DNA of 64,000 nucleotides from the IMG/VR virus record IMGVR_UViG_3300010882_000010. One strand, written 5' to 3'. Positions 8,505-17,215 of the stretch are shown here, one piece after another. Below the pieces are notes generated by a model. That model saw only the letters and a program-made list of their open reading frames with translations, did not search any database and was not told the origin of the DNA. Position numbers and translations under genes: made by a program. The stretch comes from a virus. Its lineage: Duplodnaviria; Heunggongvirae; Uroviricota; Caudoviricetes. Numbering within the stretch: the first letter of the stretch is position 1; the number at the start of each line of letters is the position of its first letter.

Positions 8505-9938
8505 ACCATTTGTTCAGGAATTTTTATTGCATGGTACTTATGCTTTCATACAGATCGTAATATCTTAGTACTTGCTAATAAAATGGATACTACTAAAGAA
8601 ATTATCGACAAAATTAAGATAATCTATCAAAATTTACCATTCTTTTTAAAACCGGGGATTATTGAAAATGCTAAAACACAATTAAAGTTTGATAATGGAG
8701 TTCGTTTGTTTTCACAAGCAACTACAAAAACGGCAGCTATTGGTTTTGCAATTCACTTACTTTATGCCGATGAGTTTGCACACATCCATTCTAATTACAT
8801 TGAATCATTTTGGCGTTCAACATATCCAACACTTTCATCTTCTAATATCTCACGGGTTATTATTACTTCAACTCCTAACGGTTTAAACAAATTCCATCAA
8901 ATTTATCAAAGTGCAATAGAAGGTACTAATGAGTTTAAACATCAAAGAGTAGATTGGTGGCAAGTTCCAGGGCGAGATGAAGAGTGGAAACGTAAAGAAA
9001 TTGCAAACTTAGGTTCAGAAGAGTTGTTTAATCAAGAGTATGGTAATCAATTTCTTGCAAGTTCAAGAATGTTACTTAATAGTAATATCTTACTTTACTT
9101 AAAGAGAACATGCAAAAAGTACAAATGGAAAGAAGTTTTTGATTTTGATGATTTTGAAGGTGCTTATGATGAACTGAAATGGCATCCGGAATTTGATCCT
9201 AACACAATCGACAAAAAGAATGACAGATTTGTAGTTTCCATAGATTTGGGAGATGGTGTAGGAAGCGATTACACTATTGCTAATATCTTTAAAATTGAAA
9301 CACAGTCTCGTGCAATGATTAAGAAAATTGCAACTATTAATGATGAGTCTTCGTTTTTTAGATTAAGACAAGTTGGTTTATGGCGTTCAAACACGCATTC
9401 TGTAGATGATTTTGCCTACATCCTAGAAACTTTAATTTTCTCAGTTTTAAATGCTGATATTGTAAGAGTTGTACTCGAAATCAACTTTAAGGGAGATGTT
9501 TTAATTAAGAAAATGGAAAGAAATAGAGAGTATTATCCGGAAATTTTCATGCACACACAACATGCAGCGGGACACACCTACTTAAAACCAGGGATTAAGA
9601 TTAAAGCCGATAATAAAGAGATGTATGCTAGAGAATTAAAGAACTTGATTAAAATTAAAAGACTGATTCCTACTGAGATGAAAACTTTTGAAGAGTTGGG
9701 GGCTTTTGGATTAAATTCTAAAGGTCGTTATGAAGCACAAAGTGGACATGATGATTTACCAATGTCTTTAATTAATTTAGTTCCATATTTTGATAATGAT
9801 GTTTTTTACGAATTTGTGAGTGATATTTTTGATAATCAACCGGAATTAGTAAAGAAATTAATTGCAGATAAGATAGATGGACTACCAGATGAGAATGATA
9901 CAATAGAAAATATTAAATGGCTCCGTGAGTACATGTAA
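8067..9938 (+). CDS. terL: C-intein fused to terminase large subunit C-terminal fragment (T4 gp17-like)
   Basis: LLYADEFAH (Walker B), ITSTPNG, FNQEY, SIDLGDGVGSDY and GHDDL nuclease motifs. Confidence 0.95.
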   Translation: MIKKLLRKLILFTIEFIEKIEYQKIDLNQDDISKKILNSLDCNFDVFTDTGWEPAIKIHLTQPYYKWKVKTEFGKQIECADNHIIFDKNMNEIFVKDLKVGDLIQTKDGLEKIISLKFSKSKISMFDLTVNSKNHRYYTNDILSHNTICSGIFIAWYLCFHTDRNILVLANKMDTTKEIIDKIKIIYQNLPFFLKPGIIENAKTQLKFDNGVRLFSQATTKTAAIGFAIHLLYADEFAHIHSNYIESFWRSTYPTLSSSNISRVIITSTPNGLNKFHQIYQSAIEGTNEFKHQRVDWWQVPGRDEEWKRKEIANLGSEELFNQEYGNQFLASSRMLLNSNILLYLKRTCKKYKWKEVFDFDDFEGAYDELKWHPEFDPNTIDKKNDRFVVSIDLGDGVGSDYTIANIFKIETQSRAMIKKIATINDESSFFRLRQVGLWRSNTHSVDDFAYILETLIFSVLNADIVRVVLEINFKGDVLIKKMERNREYYPEIFMHTQHAAGHTYLKPGIKIKADNKEMYARELKNLIKIKRLIPTEMKTFEELGAFGLNSKGRYEAQSGHDDLPMSLINLVPYFDNDVFYEFVSDIFDNQPELVKKLIADKIDGLPDENDTIENIKWLREYM

Positions 9939-9983
9939 CAAAAATTGAAATGAATTTTGAATTAAAAACTTGTAAAATAATCT

Positions 9984-9999
9984 GGAATAAATAGTAAAA
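9984..9999 (+). promoter_or_regulatory. class A phage promoter
   Basis: GGAATAAATAGTAAAA. Confidence 0.75.
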
Positions 10000-10019
10000 A
10001 TGAGTGACTGATATTTTTT

Positions 10020-10475
10020 ATGGAAGATACTAACGTTTTAATCATAATTTCAAAGTATGCCAGTATTTTTACAGCCATTTTGATGGCAATGACAACTTTG
10101 ATATTAACTATTAAATCTATTAGAATATGGATAGCTAATGGATTGGCAAATTCTGTTAAATTAGAAGGATTGTCTAAAGATTCAGATCTTTACAAAGAAC
10201 TTTCTAAAAATAATGTTTATGAAGGAAATTTTTTAGAAATTGAAACTTCTTTAATTCGTTTAGAATTATTACGTTATTTCGATTTTCATCCAGAAGAAAA
10301 GAGAACAATTTATACTTTGATAGATAAATACAGAAAAACAGGTGGTAATAGTTATATGTGTGATATTATTACTGAATGGGAAAAAGGTGAGTATAAATCA
10401 ATGTGCCATAGAATGTGTGATATGATAGAAGAAAAACAAGAAGAAAAAACATCAAAAATTAACAAGTTATTTTAA
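10020..10475 (+). CDS. single-pass membrane protein, possibly holin-like
   Basis: N-terminal hydrophobic helix; Y...GGNSY motif; late-type promoter. Confidence 0.4.
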   Translation: MEDTNVLIIISKYASIFTAILMAMTTLILTIKSIRIWIANGLANSVKLEGLSKDSDLYKELSKNNVYEGNFLEIETSLIRLELLRYFDFHPEEKRTIYTLIDKYRKTGGNSYMCDIITEWEKGEYKSMCHRMCDMIEEKQEEKTSKINKLF

Positions 10476-10490
10476 AATTATAATAAGAAA

Positions 10491-10997
10491 ATGAAACAAA
10501 GAATTAAATCTTTAAATGAATATCAAAAAAACGTAGATGAAAGTATAGTAGTTACAACAATTGCTGGAATGTTGGGATTAGTAGCAGCAGCAATTTGTGG
10601 CACACTTTATGATTTTGCAAATGATGCAGGTGGTTGGAAAAATTTAGTTCAACAATACAAAGACAATAGAAAAGTTAAAGCTATTGTAGACAGACTTTTA
10701 AAAGATCCAGAAGTTGTTGAAATTATGGAACAACCGGAAGATAAAAGACATGCTGATTGGAGAACTATTATTGAATTGAAACTCGATAAAGAAGAAAAGA
10801 ATTATCTTAAAGGAGTTCTTGATAAATTAATGACAGAAGGTTTAATTACTGAAGATGAAATGGATGATTTAAAAGAATTTGATACTGATGTTAGAGAAAT
10901 TGTAGAAGAGTACTTTAAGAAAATTAAGCCAAAAGAAATGGCACATCAACTTGGTATTATTGCAGATGATTTGAAAAAAGGAAATTTTTTCAAATAG
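10491..10997 (+). CDS. putative internal head protein
   Basis: N-terminus MKQRIKSLNEY..VDES; one hydrophobic segment. Confidence 0.5.
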   Translation: MKQRIKSLNEYQKNVDESIVVTTIAGMLGLVAAAICGTLYDFANDAGGWKNLVQQYKDNRKVKAIVDRLLKDPEVVEIMEQPEDKRHADWRTIIELKLDKEEKNYLKGVLDKLMTEGLITEDEMDDLKEFDTDVREIVEEYFKKIKPKEMAHQLGIIADDLKKGNFFK

Positions 10998-11028
10998 TAG
11001 ATTATTTTAAGTAACAAAAAAAAACACT

Positions 11029-11226
11029 ATGAAACAAAGAATTATAACACTTGATAATTTTGTTAATGAAATGTGGGCTCCACAAACTTTTAGTTCTCAA
11101 AAGAAATTTCAAAGCGATCTCATTAAAGTAATTACAAAACATGCAGCTTTTATTAATATACCAGACATGATGGAAGGTATTCATGAAATTACAGATAATT
11201 TAAAAATGGGCGAGTACCATGAATAA
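11029..11226 (+). CDS. putative small internal head protein
   Basis: N-terminus MKQRIITLDNFVNE; body resembles the C-terminus of 10491..10997. Confidence 0.5.
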   Translation: MKQRIITLDNFVNEMWAPQTFSSQKKFQSDLIKVITKHAAFINIPDMMEGIHEITDNLKMGEYHE

Positions 11227-11246
11227 ACTAAAATAATAATACACAG

Positions 11247-12164
11247 ATGATAAGTTTTAACCAATATCAAAAAGGATTAGACAAGTTCAAAAGTAAACAA
11301 AGTTTGAATGAGTCTGTTAATATCAAAAATACTATTACAGAGTACAATAAAGTTCTTTTAGAAAGTAATTTTGAGATGATTAATGAAGCAGATGATGTAA
11401 ATCCAATTGAAAAACAATTAGCAAGAATTCCACTAAAAGTTAAAATAGCTAAATTCGGAAAAGCTTTTTACACTCAATATCTTAACAAATTTGATATGGC
11501 TGGATTAATTAAAGATGGAAAAGGTGATGATGAAAAAGATAGTAAAAAGTATGAAAAACAAAAAGCGGCAATTGAAGCAAAGCAAAAATCTATTGATGAT
11601 AAAGTTAAATTATTAGAAGATGATATTACACAAAATGCCAAAAAGACAAATAATGAAAAATGGGCAAGCGATAAAAAAGCTGATGTTAAATTGCAAGTAA
11701 TGGATAAAGTTGCTAAAAATGTTAACAAACTTTTTAACAAATCAGATCAAGCAGAATTTAATGATTCACAAGAAAATTTAAAAGATCAAGTTGCAAAAGC
11801 AGAAGAAGAAGATAATAATGTAGGAACTTATCCAAATGATCCAGCAGCAATTAAAGATTACAAAGATACACTTGAAAAGAAAGGTACTAAGTATAAAGAT
11901 TTAAAATTACTTGATAAAGATTCAGAAAAACCGGGTGAAAATTATTATGAAGTTGGTACTGCTAAAATAGGAGAAAAGGATAATACAGTAGAAAAAACTT
12001 TTTGGTTAGAAGCAGAGATTGAAGAAACTTTAGAAGATAAAATTGCAACAGCAGAAGCAGAAGGATATACTAGAGAAGAACCGACAGAAAAAGATAAAAG
12101 TAATTGGACATCTAAGAAGATATCGGCAGATGGTGATGAAGTAACAATGTGGAAAAAGAATTAA
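11247..12164 (+). CDS. putative internal head/core protein (charged, coiled-coil)
   Basis: MISFNQY..., repeated LNES/ITEY/LLES/INEA protease-site-like motifs. Confidence 0.5.
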   Translation: MISFNQYQKGLDKFKSKQSLNESVNIKNTITEYNKVLLESNFEMINEADDVNPIEKQLARIPLKVKIAKFGKAFYTQYLNKFDMAGLIKDGKGDDEKDSKKYEKQKAAIEAKQKSIDDKVKLLEDDITQNAKKTNNEKWASDKKADVKLQVMDKVAKNVNKLFNKSDQAEFNDSQENLKDQVAKAEEEDNNVGTYPNDPAAIKDYKDTLEKKGTKYKDLKLLDKDSEKPGENYYEVGTAKIGEKDNTVEKTFWLEAEIEETLEDKIATAEAEGYTREEPTEKDKSNWTSKKISADGDEVTMWKKN

Positions 12165-12169
12165 TTACA

Positions 12170-13171
12170 ATGAGAATTCAAACTTTAGATGAGTTTATCA
12201 AAGAATCTCTTAGAGAAGCAGATGAAATTGATCTTTCCAGAGCCAAGAAAACTTTAAAAGAATTTTTAGTTTGGTTAAATGATGGTAAAGCAATTCCAGA
12301 TGAAGTAACACCAAATTCAGATGTTATTGTAAATTGGGCAGAAGCTACAGATGTCGGAGATTCTAAAACTCATGTAGAACCATCGCAAGCATATGAACTT
12401 TATTCTAGATTCGGTGATGATATCATAGTTTTTAATTCTGAAAAGGAAGCTGCTAACTACAAAATTTCTTACAATTTAGGAACTTTAGGTTTTGTAACAA
12501 TTGCAGCAGCACCGGCTTTTAAAGGAAAAGCAATTACTGAAGATATTAACGAGTATGAACAATGGGAATACGATCTTGAAGATATGATTTTTATAGCAAG
12601 TAAAACTAGAGATTATCAAGAACTTGCAGATTGGTTAGATGTAAAGTATGATACAGTTGCTAAAATTTTTGCAAAAGACCGTAATCAAAACAGGATTTTC
12701 AGAGAATTGGTAAAGTTAATACCAAAAACACATGAAGCAATGGAAGTTAATAATAGAGGAACTATTGTAAACAGAGATAGACATCAAGTTCTTAGAATTA
12801 ATGGTCCTCAATACTTAGTGTACACTAAACAAGGTCAAATTTGGTTATCTGAGAATTGGCCAAAATTAATGAAAGAATTTCAAAAAATTTTAGGTAAGGA
12901 AATTCTTGTAGTAGAAGGAATTAATTGGAAGTTAGTACAATCTAATGGAGTTTTATCAATACCAGCTATGCCGGCTTTTACAATGGAAGATCCAGATTGG
13001 GTAGTTGCTAGACAAAAGAAACTTGAAGATGTTGGCTATTCTGTTTACTATTACAAAGGAGATCCAATTTTTATCAATGCAGAAGAGTTAAGTCAATCCG
13101 TTAGTGAACAAAATTCATTCGGAAGCAAAATGTTCTTTAATGAAAAATTTACCGAAGTGGTTACAGAATAA
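12170..13171 (+). CDS. putative internal head protein
   Basis: ATG 12170 gives MRIQTLDEFIKESLREA; internal AITEDINEY. Confidence 0.5.
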   Translation: MRIQTLDEFIKESLREADEIDLSRAKKTLKEFLVWLNDGKAIPDEVTPNSDVIVNWAEATDVGDSKTHVEPSQAYELYSRFGDDIIVFNSEKEAANYKISYNLGTLGFVTIAAAPAFKGKAITEDINEYEQWEYDLEDMIFIASKTRDYQELADWLDVKYDTVAKIFAKDRNQNRIFRELVKLIPKTHEAMEVNNRGTIVNRDRHQVLRINGPQYLVYTKQGQIWLSENWPKLMKEFQKILGKEILVVEGINWKLVQSNGVLSIPAMPAFTMEDPDWVVARQKKLEDVGYSVYYYKGDPIFINAEELSQSVSEQNSFGSKMFFNEKFTEVVTE

Positions 13172-13181
13172 AGAAAAACTA

Positions 13182-13210
13182 AAACTTTTTAAAACTTGAG
13201 TGTAATAATA
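13182..13210 (+). promoter_or_regulatory. class B phage promoter (early/middle-like)
   Basis: AAACTTTT-N13-TAATAATA. Confidence 0.7.
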
Positions 13211-13238
13211 ACAACAAAACTAAAAAAATCTTAAAACA

Positions 13239-13430
13239 ATGATTGAAGCGTTCAATATGAAGTCGAAACAGATGGAAGAAATGTTCGAATGTGAAGTAAC
13301 AACAACTAAACGAGGAGGTTACATGCTACGAGGTAAATCCAAAAATGGTGACAACATGTGTAAAATGTTAGGTAAAGCTACAGCAGAAGAATACATCAAA
13401 AAAGGCTGGGCAAAACAAAAAGCTGAATAA
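13239..13430 (+). CDS. small basic protein, DUF5679/zinc-ribbon-like without the Cys ligands
   Basis: EAFNMKSKQMEEM...TTKRGGYMLRG...GDNMCKM pattern; own promoter and terminator. Confidence 0.4.
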   Translation: MIEAFNMKSKQMEEMFECEVTTTKRGGYMLRGKSKNGDNMCKMLGKATAEEYIKKGWAKQKAE

Positions 13431-13460
13431 CAGTAAAAATTAATTTAAAATTGACAATAG

Positions 13461-13490
13461 AAAAGAGGAAGATTGATTTTTCCTCTTTTT
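13461..13490 (+). terminator. intrinsic terminator
   Basis: AAAAGAGGAA...TTCCTCTTTTT hairpin with T tract. Confidence 0.75.
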
Positions 13491-13510
13491 GATTTTAAAG
13501 AAGAAAAAAT

Positions 13511-13526
13511 GAAATAGATAGTAAAA
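13511..13526 (+). promoter_or_regulatory. class A phage promoter (variant)
   Basis: GAAATAGATAGTAAAA. Confidence 0.55.
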
Positions 13527-13549
13527 GAAGCTAAAAATAATACCAAAAT

Positions 13550-14329
13550 ATGGCAGACGATAAAAATCTTGATAAATTAATTGATCTTAGTTATGAAAAG
13601 TTTGTTGAAGGATTAGGAGATGTTGCAAATGATCCTAAAATTCAAGCAATTTTAAATAGTGGTAGTCGGGAAAAAATTTCATTTTCAAATGGAACTGTAC
13701 CCATAAACAAATTAACACCAACACAACAAGAGATAGTTATTGAAAAATCTATCAAGTATGAGTTTAATGGTAGTGATATGGTTGCAATTAATGATACAGT
13801 AAAGGGAAGACCTGTTGAGTGTGGAGGATTACCTATTATAACACTTAATGGTCGATATGTTCTAGATGGTCACCATAGGTTTTGTGGGGTTTATTGTTTA
13901 AATCCAAATGCAAAAGCAGCAATCTATGATATGAAACTTAATTTACCTCCTATTGAAGCACTTAAAGTTGTTCAATTAGCAATAGCAAGTGTAGCAAAAT
14001 CTGTTCCATATTCAACACCAGAAGGAACTAATCTTTTTGATACAGATGAGAAGCAATTAAAAAAGTTTATTGTTCAACATCTTGTTAAAGAAGTAGTTGA
14101 AGCGATGGGATATGATGATGTAGAAGAATGTGCTGAATACTTTTTAGGAAATCTTGAATTGCTTAAAGCACACAACAGACCTGTAAAAGGAGCGCCATCT
14201 AGAATTTACATGCCACAAACCGGGAAGGCACCAGGGAGTTTAGAAAAATTAAAACATGGTAAAGTAAAAACTACAAAGCCATTTATTTCTGGTAATGTTT
14301 TTGAAGATTTTTTACAAGGACGGATTTAA
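13550..14329 (+). CDS. ParB/Sulfiredoxin-like domain protein
   Basis: LTPTQQEI...PIIT..GRYVLDGHHR. Confidence 0.75.
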   Translation: MADDKNLDKLIDLSYEKFVEGLGDVANDPKIQAILNSGSREKISFSNGTVPINKLTPTQQEIVIEKSIKYEFNGSDMVAINDTVKGRPVECGGLPIITLNGRYVLDGHHRFCGVYCLNPNAKAAIYDMKLNLPPIEALKVVQLAIASVAKSVPYSTPEGTNLFDTDEKQLKKFIVQHLVKEVVEAMGYDDVEECAEYFLGNLELLKAHNRPVKGAPSRIYMPQTGKAPGSLEKLKHGKVKTTKPFISGNVFEDFLQGRI

Positions 14330-14401
14330 AATATCAATTTTTATATACCACAAATAAGTAAAGCTCTAAAATTTTTATGAATATATAAAATAAAGAATAT
14401 T

Positions 14402-15163
14402 ATGTATATTTATAAAACAATAAATCTTATCAATAATAAAATTTATATAGGACAATCTATAAGAACTGTAGAAGAATCTAAAAATTACTTAGGTTCTGGT
14501 AAACCTTATTTTAATAATGCTTTAAAAAAGTATGGTAAAGAAAATTTTAAAAAAGAAATCTTAGAAATTTGTAATTCACAAGAAGAACTTAATGAAAGAG
14601 AACAATATTGGATTAAAGAATTAAATTCACAAGATAGAAATGTTGGATATAATATTAAGGATGGTGGATTAGGAGGAAAATTAGCAGAAGAAACTAAAGA
14701 AAAAATAAGTAATACTTTAAAAGGACGAAAAACATATAGAGAACCATGGAATAAAGGAAAACAGATGAGTATAGAATTTTGTGAAAAAGTATCATTATCT
14801 ATAAAAGGAAAATCAAAAAAGAAAATGTCGGAAGAAACAAAACAAAAATTAAGAGAAATTAATACTGGTAAAAAAGCAACAGATGAATCAAAATTTAAAA
14901 TGAGTTTAAAAGCAAGAGAAAATATAACACCAGAATTAAGACAAGTACGGTCTAATAATGTACAAGGTCAAAAAAATCCTATGTATAAAAAATCTATTTA
15001 TGATATATGGATTTTAACATATGGTAAAGAAAAAGCAGAAGAAATGTGGAAAAATAGATATAAATCAAAAATTGTAAAATGTCCTTGGTGTGAAAAAGAA
15101 GGAGAAAATAGAATTATGAAACGGTGGCATTTTAATAATTGTAAATATAATCCTAAAAATTAA
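14402..15163 (+). CDS. GIY-YIG homing endonuclease
   Basis: YIYKTINLINNKIYIGQ, YLGSG, EREQYWI, GYNI; C-terminal CPWC...WHFNNC. Confidence 0.92.
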   Translation: MYIYKTINLINNKIYIGQSIRTVEESKNYLGSGKPYFNNALKKYGKENFKKEILEICNSQEELNEREQYWIKELNSQDRNVGYNIKDGGLGGKLAEETKEKISNTLKGRKTYREPWNKGKQMSIEFCEKVSLSIKGKSKKKMSEETKQKLREINTGKKATDESKFKMSLKARENITPELRQVRSNNVQGQKNPMYKKSIYDIWILTYGKEKAEEMWKNRYKSKIVKCPWCEKEGENRIMKRWHFNNCKYNPKN

Positions 15164-15264
15164 ATAAAGAAAAAATTTAAGAAAATTGTTAGTAACTTTT
15201 TCTTGATACAGTAGTTCAGTAAAAGAAAAAGTGCTATTTTTACAGAAAATTTTATGGCAAACTG

Positions 15265-15293
15265 AAACTTTTTCAAATTGCCGCATAATAATG
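15265..15293 (+). promoter_or_regulatory. class B phage promoter
   Basis: AAACTTTT-N13-TAATAATG immediately before the structured RNA units. Confidence 0.7.
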
Positions 15294-15301
15294 AACTAAA
15301 A

Positions 15302-15350
15302 AGGAACCATACAGCAATTATTCGTGGCTTTTACGGACAAAGGTTCCTGT
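15302..15350 (+). ncRNA. candidate structured RNA unit 1
   Basis: Stem AGGAACC (15302-08) / GGTTCCT (15342-48) enclosing ATACAGCAAT and an inner hairpin; ends CCTGT. Confidence 0.6.
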
Positions 15351-15373
15351 AACGATTTTTACAGAGAAGGAAA

Positions 15374-15420
15374 AGGTTAGCAATTCAGCAATCAAAATTG
15401 GGAAAACAATGTTAACCTGT
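15374..15420 (+). ncRNA. candidate structured RNA unit 2
   Basis: Stem AGGTTAGCA (15374-82) / TGTTAACCT (15410-18) enclosing ATTCAGCAAT; ends CCTGT. Confidence 0.6.
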
Positions 15421-15429
15421 TAGATTTTT

Positions 15430-15477
15430 AATCCTTAGTTTTCGTTACTTGTTGTAATAGAAACTAAGGATTTTTTT
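15430..15477 (+). terminator. intrinsic terminator/attenuator upstream of the DUF2828-type gene
   Basis: AATCCTTAGTTT...AAACTAAGGATT followed by a T run. Confidence 0.7.
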
Positions 15478-15511
15478 AATTAATCGAATACTAACTAAAA
15501 ACAAAAACAAA

Positions 15512-16039
15512 ATGCAAACAAACGCACTTTTAAATGCAATGACTACAGCAGACACTTTTACAGAAAATGGATGCTTAACTAACTCAACAACTTCAAGTGA
15601 TTGTGTGGATTTGTTTTTCACAATTGGCGCTATGAGATCAAACAGAAATGACAAATCTAAAATGAGAGATTTAGTTACAATGTTTGACCGGGCTTTTGCC
15701 GAAAATCCTCTTGTAGCAATGAAAATTTTATTCTGGTCTCGTGACATCCGAGGTGGTGTAGGCGAACGTGAAATTTTCAGAAAAATTTGGAAACATATCA
15801 CAGATGGTAAGAATAACCAAAAATTGTTTCTTGCTAATATGGCTAACTTTCCTGAATATGGACGTTGGGATGATTTATTTGGCTTAATTACTAAAGATTC
15901 AGGTGTTGAAGATCAGATTATTGAGTACATAATTAAAACTTTAAAAAATTCAGATATAGCTAATTCTATTTTAGAAAAAATTGATGAAATGACAGAAGAA
16001 GAATGTGAAATAGAATTAAAAAAAGTTTATGGGATTTAA
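15512..16039 (+). CDS. DUF2828/TROVE(Ro60)-like protein, N-terminal fragment
   Basis: TENG...STT...CVDLFF.IGAMR, LFWSRDIRGGVGEREIFR, PEYGRWDDL. Confidence 0.85.
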   Translation: MQTNALLNAMTTADTFTENGCLTNSTTSSDCVDLFFTIGAMRSNRNDKSKMRDLVTMFDRAFAENPLVAMKILFWSRDIRGGVGEREIFRKIWKHITDGKNNQKLFLANMANFPEYGRWDDLFGLITKDSGVEDQIIEYIIKTLKNSDIANSILEKIDEMTEEECEIELKKVYGI

Positions 16040-17089
16040 TCTACATTTTTTTTCATGTTTACTTAAATTACCATTATCTTTGTAGGTTTTCCCACAAAAT
16101 CTACAATAAAGTTCTTTGATTTCTTGATTAGGATTTGCTAAACATTTTTTCTCGTGTTGTGTTTTAGCTTGAAGTAGATTAAATTCTTTGTTACAAAATT
16201 GACAATAAAAAAGTTTTCGATTAGGATTTAATTCACAAGATTTTTCATGATCATTTTTAACACGTAACATACTAAATTCTTTGTTACAAAATTGACAATA
16301 AAAAAGTTTTCGATTAGGATTTAATTCACATCTACTTTCATGAATACCACGTGCTCCGGGATTTCCACATATTTTGTAACAATATTGACATATACAATCA
16401 TTTTCAGTATAAGTAAATTTATACCAAGTACCTGTTTCTTTTTGTTTTTTCATAGATTCTTTGGCGCGTAGTGATCGTTTCTCTAAAATAGAATTATTAA
16501 CATTTGGATTCATAAGACAATTATTACCATGAAATTGTAAAAAATTACCAGGATCAAAAAATTCATTACAATATGGACATTGAATTTTTTCTGTATTAAT
16601 ACGAGCGTTGGAAATGTTATTACGTCGCTCATTTGTACATGGACCCATAGAAATTCCATTATTCCATGAAGGAGTGCCACGTCCAATAGTCCATCCATTA
16701 GGAATTTCATAATCTTTATTATGCCAATGGGCTGAAATTTTACCATCAATTTCTTTAAAAATCAAAACTTTATTATCGTGTGAAAAAATTCCAGATCCAC
16801 GTCCGTAACATTTATTGAAAAATTTTTCACTTTTTACAGCATCATGATTAATTAAGTATTCATACTCATATCGTAAGGCATCTTCTTTAGATGAAAAAGT
16901 ACTTAAAATTTCATATGTAAAACAATCAATTCCATAATTTTTAATCAATTTATGGATAATATCTGAAGAAGTGAAGTATTTTTTCCAAAAATCTGTTGGA
17001 TGACAATTTTTAGCAAATCTAATACCACAATAAAGTTGTCCGGTTGGAATAAAAGTTAATAAGTAACAATAAGGTATTCTATCTTTCAT
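16016..17089 (-). CDS. Seg-like GIY-YIG endonuclease with C-terminal zinc-finger repeats
   Basis: PYCYLL...GQLYCGIR..YFTSS, YEYEYL, FFNK; four CxxC...H...C repeats. Confidence 0.8.
   Translation of the reverse strand: MKDRIPYCYLLTFIPTGQLYCGIRFAKNCHPTDFWKKYFTSSDIIHKLIKNYGIDCFTYEILSTFSSKEDALRYEYEYLINHDAVKSEKFFNKCYGRGSGIFSHDNKVLIFKEIDGKISAHWHNKDYEIPNGWTIGRGTPSWNNGISMGPCTNERRNNISNARINTEKIQCPYCNEFFDPGNFLQFHGNNCLMNPNVNNSILEKRSLRAKESMKKQKETGTWYKFTYTENDCICQYCYKICGNPGARGIHESRCELNPNRKLFYCQFCNKEFSMLRVKNDHEKSCELNPNRKLFYCQFCNKEFNLLQAKTQHEKKCLANPNQEIKELYCRFCGKTYKDNGNLSKHEKKCRLNPINFF
16180..16330. repeat. 58-bp perfect direct repeat, 93-bp period (zinc-finger duplication)
   Basis: 16180-16237 identical to 16273-16330; encodes CELNPNRKLFYCQFCNKEF twice. 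Confidence 0.9.
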
Positions 17090-17100
17090 TATAATACTCT

Positions 17101-17116
17101 TTTTACTATTTATTCT
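17101..17116 (-). promoter_or_regulatory. class A phage promoter driving the antisense endonuclease
   Basis: Reverse complement reads AGAATAAATAGTAAAA, 11 nt before the ATG. Confidence 0.7.
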
Positions 17117-17215
17117 AATTATTTTTAAAATTTTTAACTTTTAGTAAGTGGTTATCAAGAATAAGAGGAAAAGTATGATAAACAATTATAATAACAATTA
17201 AAAACTAAGATACTT

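Noticed and set aside
15302-15420. Mini CRISPR array or tRNAs
   Set aside because: Only two units, not identical in sequence; no cloverleaf or T-loop GTTC; no cas genes in the window
16180-16330. CRISPR-like repeat-spacer-repeat (58 bp + 35 bp)
   Set aside because: In-frame coding duplication of a zinc finger
16016-17215. Group I intron or intein interrupting the DUF2828-type gene
   Set aside because: The endonuclease is antisense, there is no room or visible core for a ribozyme, and no Cys/Ser...His-Asn intein termini
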